Shown here in pieces: positions 13,031 to 26,382 of a DNA stretch of 64,000 nucleotides. How positions within the stretch are numbered: position 1 is the first letter of the stretch; each line of letters starts with the position of its first letter. The notes below the pieces were generated by a model. It was given only the letters and a program-made list of their open reading frames with translations. It ran no database searches and was not told the origin of the DNA. Made by a program: the position numbers and the translations under genes. This stretch comes from Phoronis australis (Eukaryota > Animalia > Phoronida): the NCBI GenBank assembly GCA_002633005.1, contig NMRA01000061.1:663076-727075 (forward strand). Direction: 5' to 3'.

Positions 13031-14329
13031 GTAGGTGCAATTATGCATACAATTCCGTTCACAATTTTATCATGATCGTAACTGATAAAAACTGTAGCAT
13101 GTTGGAAATCATTGATTTTTACAAATCGAAGCAGAACAATCTAAAGCGTGTTCTACACGTACAACAACTTACAGCTAAGTCAAACCGGTAGACATACTGG
13201 TCAGCGTGGTCAGAAAACGCCCACGACTTACCCCTTGTTACTGCCGGTCGCTCATGAATAGAGCTTCCTCACAATAGTTTCAGTAGAGCTATTGTGAGTC
13301 ATCCATCCACACCAGCTGGGGATTACCTGATTGCTGATTGATAAACCGGTGCTTGAAGAAAACGAGATTTTTATACTCACAAATTTAACCATTTATTCTT
13401 AATTTCATGCATACCATTAATATTGTCGATCTAAAACATCTCTCTTCGCGTTCGGACGGTGAAATTTGATGCACAACTTACCGATCCATAAAAATATTGC
13501 ACACACGAGAAGCCGAAAATTAATGCGCATTTGATGCGGTCCCATTCAGTTGACAAAAATGGTCGGTTAAAGCTCAAGAAAACTGAAAATTTTATTCTGA
13601 AGATACCTAAAACTTCATCTGTTAATTTTTGTGTAACAAGGCCAAGAAACGGTTACCTACATGTATTTCGTATTTTATATAATTGAATGAGAATTACTTT
13701 CTTGCCCATTGACAACCGACTGTAGTGCGCAGACGACACGTGACCATGCAGCGCTCTAGTTGGATTGCAACAGAGCAGAAGTGCGCGAATCTATTCATGA
13801 TACGGGTAGCATACAGTAGCACCGGCAAGAAATGAATACTGGCTGTTATTTCCGAAAGTTTTTAATACCGTAAAAGTCATTGCGTTATTTTTACGAGGAA
13901 TTGTTAAATTAATCGTAATTGGTGTTTTTAAAGTCAAAATGAAGCACTGATAGTGAAAACTTCAGAACCGTTACACCCCCGAATCTCCCGATCGTTACAA
14001 CGTGTTCACTCCGGCAAATGAACTCTGATGACACGCACGCGCTCGTTCACTCACAAAGACGAACTTCAAACAAACATCACGTGACAGCAACATGTGTGTT
14101 CGTCCAGAAAATTTTCTCGATTCGCGGAGTACAATCTAGAGCAGACTTGCCGGATTTAATATGGAGTAAATCACGACTCCACCAGAACTTTAAAAAGTTA
14201 GGGACGCTATTTACTTAAGGAGGACTTCATGTAATTAGCTGAGTCGAAACTATATTTTTGCTCATGAATTCAAGTTAACCTATCGGCGATCTCGAGGCAG
14301 CAACGCTTCAGTCGGCGGGATTTCGCACA

Positions 14330-14492
14330 GGGATTTTCTAAAAAACGTTCGTAATTTATTAACAACTAATTTTGATAGCAATGCACTGCAATTTTTTAGA
14401 AACTCTATCATTGGTTACAGATGTGTCACAGTGCGTAAGTTTGATGAATTGTAGCTTACGATTTCACCTGCTTCGGAGACCAGGTTTCAACC
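14330..14492 (+). repeat. Dispersed repeat; the second copy at 26237-26382/27754-27766 is split by a MITE
   Basis: Both places share tttgatagcaatgcactgcaatttt.tagaaact...tagcttacgatttca...ggtttcaa. Confidence 0.7.
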
Positions 14493-15584
14493 AAGAATCG
14501 AAGGTGAGCAGACTCAGTCGTCAATCAAAAGATACTGGAACGGCATTACTCAAGTACAAGTATTTGCTTAATATTTTGCGTAAAACATACTAATGACTTT
14601 GACTGGGTGTGAGTCTAGTTAACTCGTAGATTGGGAGTCCGAGGAAAGAATGGTTCGTACAGAGAGTCTAGAAACATGTATGGTATCAGAGGTGAAAACT
14701 GTCTGTAAAACGATTTAAAATCATGACTAACGGGTGTAACTCAATCTTGCATAAAAGTACTTTGGCATGGAGCTCATTGCCGATGGAAATAAGACAATGT
14801 ACTACCTTTAAATGAAATCGCCACAATTTCTGATAATTTTCTCTCTGTAAACTGCTCTCGTGAGAACTGCTACACACCCCGTAACATGTATATGTACTCT
14901 TGCAATAAAATTTATGTTTAAGTTCTGCATATTTTCGGTACTGAAGTTTGCGTTTGTAGATTTCAAATATTGTCAGATAATAGCAATTGTGCTTTAGTTT
15001 CATTTTTGAACCTCACCGACTTTTAAGTAAAGATTATTTCTACTATAACGAGATGCAGGTCAGATTTGTGACCTGATTGCAAATACGAGACTTTGGTCAT
15101 CTTGTATCGTAACACGCGACCTGGAATTTCCCACGTAAGCGAGCCCATATCGAGCGAATCCGGCCCTTGTTTAGTTGTTGCCAAATCAAAATGAACGCTA
15201 ACAGAGAAGGGCCCTCTTCAATGAGTTGTAAACATGTCGCGGTACAATTCAGAAACGATGTTTGAAGCGTTTTGTTGACTAGTGTTTTCGGCTACTTTTG
15301 CAAGTTTTTGGATACGCCGAAGAAAATTACGAACCACGCATAGAAAGGTGGCAAAATTCCACGGCGACGTTTCATTCTATAAGGATCAACTTACCAACTT
15401 TTTAATGGAAAAATACATTTATTTTTCATGTAAGATGCCCTGATTATTCTATTACAACATCCCCGACAATATCGCACTGCGGCTCTCAGGTCGGTCCCGC
15501 TGTTTACGTGAAATGTCCAGGAATACGATCGCGACTTGGAAATGCGTCTTGTTATTTATGGTAAGACAGCAGAAAAATTCTTAA

Positions 15585-16889
15585 AGGCGAATGCATCTTT
15601 TTTCATGTCTCTCTTAGCAAAAATAAGGTTCGTTGATTATCCCAGACACATTTTTCACTTAATTACAGTTTTTCGTAATTTGATTAATTTCTCGTCCTCT
15701 ACTCCGGAAGTGACGTTTTGGAGGCAAGAGTTTCGGGCCAATTTCGTTTCATTGTAGTCAGACTGTGAGGACTGTTGCGTCAGTCATTGTTCTACCTCGG
15801 TTGTGATAAGTTCGGTCGTCGTTTGCTTTTGTTTACAAGTCTGTCAACATGCCACGCTGTTGCTGCGTGCCGGGATATACTCGTCTCACACGTGCTTTGG
15901 GTACCTTGCGTCGCTTTCCGAAGGATGACACACTTCGCCGTATTTGGTTAGCTCGTTCATGTGAAGAACGCAGCGCTACCCGTCCACGCAACGTTCAAAG
16001 CAGTGAAGGGTTGCCGAGTGTTTGGCAAGCATTTTCTGCCGTCAGATTACGACAGAGATACATGTATGCACGCTGAATTGATGAAGGTCCCTGCGAAGCA
16101 ACGCCTGAAGAAGGTTACCACACCGTCTGTTGATTGCCGGCAGTGTCCCGTCGCTAACCCCGAGATGTGCTTTTTTGAAGCGAGAAGCCTCGCGAGCTGT
16201 GGCCACTATATACAGTGACTGGAGGCACTTCATCTAATGTCACCCCTGCCTCCGAACGTACACCGTTGCGTACAATTCCGAAAAATAGCTGTGGTTCGCC
16301 CTGTGCTGTAGTCTCTAACCCAGAGCCTGTATGCAGCCCTGCAGCGATGTTGAGTAGTAGTAGTAGCAGTGAATACAGGCTCAGTTCGACACCCAGTGAA
16401 GAGCACAGTTCATCATCCAGTGAACAGATCGGTGAGCCTAAGTTTGATAAGTTTAATGTGGCCACGCATTGGAGCTATTTAGAAGGTGCTAGGTGTGTGG
16501 AGAGGGAGTCACGCGGCGGGATCTAAGCAGTTTGGGTGCTCAGATCAACCTCCAGTGGGAGTATGTCGCGGGACACTCGGGCAAGTTGGGCAGATCTTCC
16601 TCTGTACTTGAAACGATAATGAGTACACCCTAGTATGAAGCAACAGCGTGGTATATTGACTGACTCGTAAGCAAAAGGTAGAACAATGACTGACTCGACT
16701 GCTCTCACAGTCAGACTATATGAAAAGAAATTGGCGCGAAACTCTTGCCTCCCAAAACGTCACTTCCGGAATAGACGACGAGTAATTAATTAAATTACGA
16801 AAAGCAGTAAATAAGTGAAAATTACGTCTGGGATAATCAACGAACCTCTATTTTGCTAAAAATGACATGAAAAAAGGTTGCCTTCGCCT
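15585..16889. mobile_element. 1.3-kb internally deleted Kolobok-type DNA transposon with long imperfect TIRs
   Basis: Ends AGGCGAA...TTCGCCT (RR...YY), flanked by TTAA on the left and GTAA on the right. Inverted arms of about 270-300 bp. THAP remnant inside. TTAA TSD, RR/YY termini and THAP together match the Kolobok signature. Confidence 0.75.
15849..16140 (+). pseudogene. Frameshifted THAP zinc-finger domain (transposase N-terminus)
   Basis: MPRCCCVPG...RFPKDDTLRRIWL in one frame, then CRVFGKHFLPSDY...RLKKVTTPSV in another. Zinc-ligand Cys residues are partly lost. Confidence 0.8.
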
Positions 16890-19702
16890 GTAAGCCCTTC
16901 TTTCTGAAACTGAGCACGCGCGTAAGTATGAGTCTCCCGTCACTCACATATGTTGGTGCCAATGTAACATGCACTCCTGCGATTCAAGTGTGGGAACTTA
17001 CGCGCGCACCACTCCAAAGCCGCACATCAAAAGAAAGCAGTGGCCGTCCTAACGAAAATAGTATACTGGCACGACTCTGCACGTTTAAGCTGCCGGTGGT
17101 CCCCAGAACCGCGGTGTGCTATTCTGATGTTTCCGTGACTCGATATTCTCTAGGCCCGATATTCCATGCCCGTATCCAGCAGTTAGCGATTTTCATTCAT
17201 CTCTTCTAAGGGCCAGGGACCAAAATATTCTTTTTCAGTGAATTCTGATCCACCCTGAGTATCTTCATGCTTGTGCGTACAGTTATCAAACATATCTATA
17301 GTCTAATGAACCGCGAGCGACATTGGTGAAAACTGATAACGCCTGTTTGACTGACAATAAGCGACAAATAAAATGTGACAAGTATTTTTATTACTTCAAG
17401 ATTGTACACAAACATCCAGTAACGTATTGCCAACATTTTAATTCCGAAACCGAGAGGCAGCAGACTCACCCAGTGAGGCACAATATTCCTTCGGTTGCCA
17501 CTCATACTCAATAACCTAGCACGGATACAGAGAGAACTAGAGCTAGTAAGTCGGGAAAATTTCATCAAAATAGGGAGAATTTGACACCTTTCCGTGACGC
17601 ATGGAAATTCTTAAAAATCCACAAGCTTCCCACTTAAGCCGAATTTGGAGGTGTTGCCAAAACCACTGTCACATTTCTCAGGCCTGAATTTTTTCGAATA
17701 CGTGTTTTATCTAGTGTATTACACTCGGAAACTCAAAGCGGCAGACAGGCATCCATTCCTGAACTAGCGAAGGTACATGTATGTGCCGGAGGTACAAGCT
17801 GGCGTGGTTGTTAAAGTTTGTGACCATGGGGAGCTAATAAAGTGACAGAGCTTTCAAGTATTATATTTTGAAGTAAATCCATAACACTAGAGAATAATTT
17901 GTCACAATAATTTGGTACTTGTTTTAATATAATTCATATTGCCCTGACCTACTTGGAGGCCGTCCTTGTATTGGAATCATTGTTTTCGATCTTTATTTCT
18001 AATTCTTCAACACTTGACTTTCATCTCCTATAGTTCGTACAGCCAGTTTTGTCTCTGGTAATTGGGACACGGAGCTCTCATGGGAAAATGGTTTTGGTAC
18101 ATCAGTGTAAGAACTGTTAGAGTAACAACCATACTAATTAACTCAGTGCAATTGTTTTTCAAAACGCTATTTGTATTTTTAATGACCAACTTTTGCACGT
18201 GGTTCGGGTATCATTGTGAAAAAGTCGCACAAACGAAAACAAAATGTTATGGGCGTTTTTTAATATTTCATCTTGAATTGCTAATTTTTTTTTTCTATTA
18301 GTTCTGCCTGAAACATGGCCTCAGTTAATGAGAGATTTGATATAAAACTCAAACTCATATTCTGCAGGTTTTCTACTTTCAGAAAATGTATGCATTTACC
18401 CAGTTAGATTCTATATTTCTGTTCATATTTGGCTAAATTCTCCCACTTGTGGAAAAGGTCTTTCACAACTACAGCTCCCCAGCATAACAAGTCACCGAAA
18501 AAAATCCATTCTGGTTGAGAGTGCAAACCTCACTAAAACTGAATTATTGTTACCTGGTAGTGTATATTGTAAACACACTCACAATAGCTTGGGGGAAGTC
18601 TTTTGTGTTGTGACTATTCATACTTTGAATAGAAGTAGACCCAAGTATTGATAAACAAGATAACTACCCCCAACGCAAATCTCTGAGCATATGCCCATTA
18701 TGTTTCATTTTTTCTAACATGCAAAACCCTCTGTGATTTAGGAAGATACAGTTTTGTTATAAATCGCTTGCGGCTAAGAATTAGATCTGAAAAAATGCTT
18801 GCCTGATATTGAACATAAGTTGAATTCACGAAAATTATCCGTGTCTACAAAAAATGAAACGCAATTACATCTACCTGTATAGTTAATAATTTGGTTCTGC
18901 ATCAAAGTTATGTAAAGATGTCACTGGTGAATAACATTGCTCATAAGTTCCAATAAACTGCGTGTCCTGATTTTTACGACCACATTTTGTTGCTGACAGC
19001 GCACACTGTATTTGCCAATTGGCCAGTCTGGGCAGGCTGCCTCAGTCATTTAATTCTTCTGTCAACAGTAACACATGGTCAAATTGACATATTATCATAT
19101 ACTAATCGAAATTTACCAAGGGAAATAGCCTTAGTTTACCGCTTGACCAAAAACGGCGAATTTTGTGGGTTTTTGCGGCACCGGCAATTTCCAATTCCAA
19201 TTTAAAAAGCAATAAACAACCCTGTCACGGATTTTTGGTTGTTTGATCTCCTGTTGGAGAAAAACCTTGTGGGTAAGTCTTTGCGTGCAGCAGCAAACAT
19301 TTCACACTCGTGTTTTGACTTAGACCCAAATGCTCTACTTTTATCCTGAAGTCCTGCTTTTCGACCAAGACCGTCTGTTTTTGTTATTGAATAGTGTAAC
19401 GTATGTTCAAAGACACTGTCTCTGTTTTTAATTTCAGTCGTATAAACGTGTTCCAATGTCTCTTGTTTACAGTCACATGTATGTTACATGTACAGCATGT
19501 ACTAGGATCACTAATTTTTACTTTCATGAGGAAATCGTTATGGAACGACCTACGCCCTCAACTGAAACCATCGTGACGTGTTATCCTGAGGACATTTCAA
19601 AGCTAATTGATTAATCATGTTTGCACATAATTCTTCTATCAGACAACCTTGATCTGAAAATTTGGATAGATGCTTGAAGTTATTTATGGATTGTTCTAAA
19701 AT

Positions 19703-19835
19703 CCCCTCGACCCCCACACTCAACGACTACCTCAATCCACCACACCCGATCCCCTCGACCCACGACCCACGCACGACCCTTCGAGCCATGACCTACTGAC
19801 TCCTCGACCCAAGCTACACAACATTGACCAAGCTC
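19703..19835 (+). repeat. Short CCCTCGACCC/CACGACCC repeat cluster, probably a MITE subterminus
   Basis: At least five imperfect ...CGACCC units within 130 bp. Confidence 0.5.
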
Positions 19836-21669
19836 ATACTTGCAGGAGCAAAGAGTTGGGCGTGAGCTCGGCTGTGTTTTTCGTGTTTTTCAATTGTGTT
19901 GAAAGCCAAAACAGAAAAACAACGTCATCAAATCAAACAAAAAACCTACCAACGTTACAAATGTCCTTCCCGGCAGAGTGTAATCGTCTCGTCTGCTTTT
20001 CAGTAAATGGCAGATTCAACCTTTTGGCGGAGAGCCTGAGGAACTGACAAAACTGTAATTTCATCAGTAAATACAGTTCGTAAAATAAATCCATAACTAT
20101 TTTTCAACGTTATATGGAGTATCTTGTAAAAACTATACAGCAGATACCAAATGTGAAAAAATTAAAATCACGTGCAACAGCTTATTATTAAACATGAATT
20201 ATTCTTATTAAAATGACATCAGCAAAAATTGAATTTCAGGACTCAAAAGCGAGGCCGCCTATATTAATATAAGGGCCTCGTCGAAAGGGGTAAAGGAGCG
20301 GGGCCTTTTGGAGAGGTCACCTATAATAATAAAGGCAGCCTCGCCGGAAGGCGGTCGGAGAGCGGTGCCTTGTATACTAATATAGAGGGCCCCGACGAAA
20401 GGCAGTCAGCGTCCCTTACAAAACTGAACTTAAATTTTCATCGAAAAACTTAAGTTTTTGGTTTGAAAAACTTAAGTTTTCATTCCCGAAAAGTTAAGTT
20501 TTTTGGCGAAAACTTGAGTATGTTGGAACAAGTTTTTTGGAACGAACTTAAGTTTTCATAACTTAAGTTTTCAAAAACTTAAGTTTTGAAAACTTAAGTT
20601 CGTTCCAAAAATTGGTTCCAAAATACTTAAGATTTTGGAAAACTTAAGTTTCAGAAACTTAAGTTTTTGAAAACCTTAAGTTTTGGAAGAAGTTTTTAGT
20701 AACAAACATAAGTCATCAAAACTTAAGTTTTTAAAAACTAAATTTTCCGAACATAAGTTTTCAAGGAACTAACTTTTTAAAACTGAAGTTTTCTAAAAAA
20801 ATAAGTTTGAATAGGACAGACATTCAAAAATTTTGGCTTTCACTAAAACAAGAGTGGATTACAGTAACAAATTTAATTATTCTCATAAAGATTTAACAAA
20901 TTAGACTTCTATTAACATTTCATTAACAGTGATTAATTGCTTAAAATAAAATGCACTTCCTAAAATACACTAGTTCCTTAAAATAAGTGAACATAAGTGA
21001 AATATCAAAATCTTAAAAACCAAAAACATTTCAGAAATCAGTTCATCAAGTGTCATGCATACAATGCAGTGAGAATTAAATGAGGCTAATTATATGTTCA
21101 TTATTTGCATCGTTCTCAGTCTATACCAATTATGCAATAACTGAGGGAGCAAAATGGAATGTAAAAACAGAGAAATCACTACCAAATCATGAAACAACCA
21201 AAGAAAATGTGATTACATAGCCAGGAAGGACTACAACAAAAGTCTACGTTTCAACTGCAGACTTTTTTGACTAAAATTACAGCAATGACACCAAGAATAA
21301 CAAATCACTTATTATGCAAAATCCAAGAATATCCGCAGAGACAAAAGCATAACAAAAGATGTAACAGTTTATGGACAATGGCCACAGGTCTGATTTTGGG
21401 AAGTACAATCCTTATGCTAGAAATAGTGCCTAGAATCACCTATAATTGTTTGCAACCTTAAAAATATCAATTTAAATGTCAAAGTTTCGTTTTGTTGACA
21501 ATCATAATAACAGTAAATTCAATGCACTCCATGGTGCGAACAAGTTTCACTAAAAGTAACCCTAAGTACAGCCTGGTTATACGAGATGGAAATTAGAAAA
21601 CTTAGACCTTTGACCACAAAAATATTCTTTTTCCTTTAATTTTAAGCTACTGAACTTCATACACATATA

Positions 21670-22348
21670 GGGCCTTTCATACTAACATCGACGCGTCGAC
21701 TCTGACGTGATGTTCGATTACACGTTTTATTCGGACTATTGGACTTTAGTCGTAATGATAGTTTAGTCAGAGCTACTTCCTGTTGTCATCAACTTCCTGT
21801 CTCAGACCATGAGGTCATGATATAATAAAGTGATGTTTTATTAGTTAAAATCTACGAGTTAACAGCAATTCGTTACATCGACGTTTTTGGGAGTTAATGT
21901 CAGCATGAACGCTTAAATTTTGGTCCTGGAAGGATGTAAACATCGCCAGTTAACTTCTCACTAAACAGGTAGATTTAATTGCTTAGCGTCAACGCTGCCA
22001 CGCAGTATAAACGATCAACTTCAGTCCTATCGAAGTTATTGCCAGGGCCCACTGTTATCATTCACAATTGCATAGTAGTGTGATGGCTAATAGTTGCTTA
22101 TACCTTGATATGATAATCACTAATCAATTTAAATATAAGTTTTATGCCAATTAACACATGTAAATGTTCCGAAGTTGTCACATCTTAGCGTGCAGTGCTA
22201 CCTTGCGATACCTTCGATCAGGACAGCGTCATCTACTGTTTACTTCGCAGTTTATTAACTACCGAAGCCAGAATGAACGGTCCAGTTAACTTCGCAGTGT
22301 ACGCCGATGCTCCACTCAGACAAGAGTTAAGTCAGTGTGAAAGGGCCC
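21670..22348. mobile_element. ~680-bp PIF/Harbinger-like MITE nested in the 20413 element
   Basis: TIRs GGGCCTTTCATACTAAC and GTCAGTGTGAAAGGGCCC, with TA on both flanks. Confidence 0.6.
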
Positions 22349-23665
22349 TATGGTAGACCACAAGCCACTTAATATTCTTTAGCTGGATCTGCTCGCTTAG
22401 CTTCACAGGCAAATAATCCATGTTTTGTGACTACAAATGCGCGTTTCTGAGCTCAGATAACTGAATTCATAGGTTCATGAGCTGCAGTTCGTAAGTGCGT
22501 ATGTTGCGTTGTCTGGGTAGCCTTCCTTATCCAACGATTGTTGAAGGCACACTCTGCAATAAAGACAAAAAATTAATAACAGACGGGTAAAAGCTGCCAG
22601 TATAAGACAACTCAACTTGCTGGATATTTACCTTGCTGTTTATACAACACTGATTTGTAAATGTTCCTGACTTATATACAGAGCCTAGAAAATAGTCTTC
22701 AAACTCAAAATTTAACCAATCGCTCTCTAGGATTCAAGTGCAAGACTAGTCAGCAAGTTTACTTTAAGCATGCACTGCAGTGGGTCAGTTTTCCACATAC
22801 TGCTTTGAATGAAGTTTTAATCCTGGATTCGCAACATTCAAAACAATTTTATTCTATACAACTTGAAGTCAAAACATGCACATGGTCACCTATCATGCTA
22901 TCACAATCTAGAACAAACCGTGCATATAACAAAACTTAATGTGTTAATAAAAGTTGGACTTCAGGCTAACCAAGTATCGTATTCTGTAACTTAGTTCAAG
23001 TTCTATGACAAATTAATTAAAATTTTTATCAAAAGATGAAACTGTTGGCAACTGCAATAAACTACAATTCTCATTGTTTTGATGAACTTTTCATTGTTTA
23101 ATTCGATAATCTGATAAGAAAAGGTACAACTCTACATAATGAGCAGAGCTAGTGGTATTCTAACTAACTCTCTCCAGCCAGCCTAGAACTTCTTACTAAT
23201 GCTTTATGGACATTTAGCCCGCACAACCAGGGTTAGAACTGAACGTTTAATCTCACATGTATACTTCCGCGTATACTTTATGAAACTTATAGCAAAACCA
23301 AGAAGCTTTACATTGACTTGACCAAATGGCTACAAGAATCCGTGAGCTTGTTGAAAATTATAAGCCCATTGGCTAAACCAAGGACATATTTCATATTCTT
23401 TCAAATTCAAACCCTGATAGCAGCACTATTTTTAACTCAACAATGAAACATATGAAGCTCTACCTGCCACGTCGATGTAAACAGCCGAATACCACCCCTG
23501 GGTGATTGTTTTGATGAAAATGTTTGGATGTCTAGTTCTTCCAAGTACTCCGCCAAGTTAATAGAGACCTGAAAACAATGAGATATTAGCAAACAGAACA
23601 GTATGTGATAGTTTCATGAGAATCCAGACATAACCCATTTACAGGAATGTTATCCATGTAAAGAT

Positions 23666-23827
23666 CAGGGGCGGTGGGGGGCCCAGGGTTTTGAGTTGGG
23701 GGGTTAGGGCAGAGTAGGGTTTTGCCCATCGGACATTCACCCCCTGCACCCCCAACTACCAATTGATCTTGTAGCATTTTAGGGGTCGGGGCCATGGCCC
23801 CTTAGCTGTTCTCTGAATCCACCATTG
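23666..23827. mobile_element. Short hAT-like MITE
   Basis: CAGGGGCGG...ATCCACCATTG ends. Shares the motif ccagg..ttttgagttgggg with the 3550/53071 family. Confidence 0.4.
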
Positions 23828-24541
23828 AAGGTACTGGCATGGTCTTCACAAGAAGTCTTACGTAACCATAATAGTTTACAGTAAAAATAAAAGTATTATC
23901 TCATTTACTACAGTAAACATAAAAATACTAAATCCTGTACTCCTACCAATCACTTTACTGGCTGACATTTGCAAAGATGTTAACTTGAGGTTCCAAGCAA
24001 ATTTCTAGAGGGAAAAGAATATGCTCCTAGAGACATGCGGAGATCATTCTAGTCAGAACATATTCAACTCAACTCAACCCCTAGGTAAAGTTGTACCCAG
24101 ATTAACTATCACTTTCACCATGACACTGAAATATTTGATTTCAATAAAACCAGTCGAACTCACATTGAATGTGAAAATTTTAAGTCTGAATATGCACACT
24201 TTTGCGACATTCCAGTATTCCACAACCCGGTAAAAATTCGAAACCACATACTCAATCCCAAAGTCAAATCACACAGATTTTCCTCATTTGCATTGAATTA
24301 TTTGGTGCAATTAGATAGGAATTATGCAAGTTTCACTGTGCTTAACAATAGTTAACATATTGACTGGTGAGAGTTCACTTGGGTACTTGTGACCTATGCC
24401 GGGGGGTATTCCAGATAGTAGTGGGATCGGGATGTCCTTTCGTATTCAATAACCTAGATCCTCCCGACAAACCTGAGCAAATCAGTCAAAGTAGGCAATA
24501 CAATAGTTACATTGGTTATTCTTAATTTTGAGAGCCAGGCA

Positions 24542-24773
24542 CATGCGCGCACCCAGGGGAGGCTGGAACGAGCACCCCCCACTTGCCAAAGTGGGAATGA
24601 AAAGGTCACTCTCAAAGAAACAAAAAAATGAGAAAACGAGACACGAGTCCACTAAAAAGCTGTAATTCAGGAATTCTCTATGCACAGCTCTGAACATACC
24701 ACGCTTTTTTAGTAAAAGGTCAACATGCCCAAAAATTTGAGCACCCCCATATTTTAGGATTGGTGCGTGGATG
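24542..24773. mobile_element. Short hAT-like MITE
   Basis: CATGCGCGCACC...GGTGCGTGGATG imperfect TIR, with a gagcacccc motif near both ends. Confidence 0.45.
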
Positions 24774-26382
24774 AGACAAGTGATCTTTGCAAATTATTGA
24801 CCTGTAGTGATATGAGATTTCAACATCAGGAGCTTCCAAGAATTACTACGAACGTAGACATAAGCACACACAACCAATGCCAATATACCCAATAACAACT
24901 GAACTTATCACGTTCGTTAGAAATCACAGCACAGATTGTGGCCAATCGATTTTAGACCGCTCTCTGGCACTAACCTGACTTCCAAAACTTCTGAAATGTC
25001 TTCTTGTTGGCTCTGCTCGTAGTAATATCGTTGTCGCGGGCTAGCCAACACACGACTTTTTCTTCGATGTTGACTGTCGGTTATGAAATTCAAACTGTTG
25101 ACTTCCGGTGGAAACTGCCTTACGAATACAACTCAACACAAAGGAAACTTGCACAATAACTACGTTTTTTTAAGAATTGCATGAGTTCCATTGATTAAAT
25201 TGTACTGACCAGGTCAGTGTCTTAGGGTATTAACATTGGGTGCATTCTTACTGTTGTTGGTCACCGGATGTTCGTCCACATTTAAATTCACAAATTCACA
25301 AAGTAATGATTACATAACTGCACTAATTCTGTACTGACCAGGTTAACTTCGTCGTTTTATGGTTTGTATCTATATAAATGTTAAGGAAACAATCGGGCAA
25401 CATTGGGTTTTGCAAGAACAAACAATAATTTTTTGTTGTAAAATAATGGGAAAAATTTCGAACCAAAAATTAGATATCTCACAATATTCAAATTTTAAAA
25501 ACTTTGAAAAAGGAAATTTTCATCAAATAGAAACCTTAAAGTTTTAAGAAAATTCAAGTTTTCCACAAATGAAAAAATGCAGTTTTCTGAAAAACTTAAG
25601 AAGTCAGGAAAACTTAAGTTTTTAAAATTACAAAAACTTAAGTTTTGTGAGAAACTTAAGGTATCAGAAAAACTTAAGTTTTGCTAGTACAAAAAACTTA
25701 AGTTTTCATGAAAACTTAAGTTATTACTTATTCTTATTTGGCGAATCTGTTAATACAGTAAATTTCCTTATTTATTCCCAACCTGATATGACTGCAACTT
25801 GACCTTGTTGGGTTCTATGGTATATTGGGTTGGCATTGGTACCCACTTGGTGCTTACTCGAATGGGCTTCATTTTACCAACTATTTCAAATTGTGTAGGT
25901 GAAGTAAATAAACAAAGTGGGTGACTATCATCACCGGACTTTCATCATTAGCATTTTGTGCCCGATGCTCAAATTTCTGAGACTAGGGATTGTCAGATTT
26001 GTAAGGTAGAAGCGTTTCGCTGGATTTCCAGGTCTGTGGCGTTACTTATACCGGGTCAAAATTAAAAAACGAGACCTTTGTTTAAATCAGAAGTTGCACG
26101 ATACACGTTTTAACAGATGTGCGCAGGCAGCGCACGTGGGGCCATTGCACTGATCACTCGGAACCGTTTTTATGGTTTATAAATATATAGTTAAACCAAG
26201 CTGAGGAACTCGAAACCCGATTCAATTTTTGGCAATGGGATTTTCTGAAAAATGCTCGTAAGTTAACAACAAAGTTTGATAGCAATGCACTGCAATTTTG
26301 TAGAAACTATGTCATAGGTTACAGCTGCGTCACAGAGCGTAAATTTGATGAATTCTAGCTTACGATTTCATCTGTTTCGGTG

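Larger units (their letters stand above)
20413..25730. mobile_element. ~5.3-kb non-autonomous TIR element with CCC terminus and palindromic AAACTTAAGTTT subterminal arrays (CMC/EnSpm-like); right tip missing
   Basis: Left end CCCTTACAAAACTGAACTTAA matches CCCATACAAAAATGAACTTAA at 59501. AAACTTAAG arrays at 20420-20810 and 25590-25730. Segment 24755-25730 is the reverse complement of about 59650-61010. Confidence 0.7.

Noticed and set aside
20420-20810. AAACTTAAGTTT palindromic arrays (also 25590-25730 and 59510-59950) as a CRISPR-like array
   Set aside because: Units are 9-12 bp with irregular low-complexity spacing, no unique constant-length spacers and no cas genes. They sit at transposon ends in eukaryotic DNA.
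22370-22455. Chemokine-like peptide AFVVTKHGLFACEAKRADP on the minus strand
   Set aside because: It lacks an N-terminal CC/CXC motif and signal peptide, is preceded by a stop, and the match is short enough to be chance.
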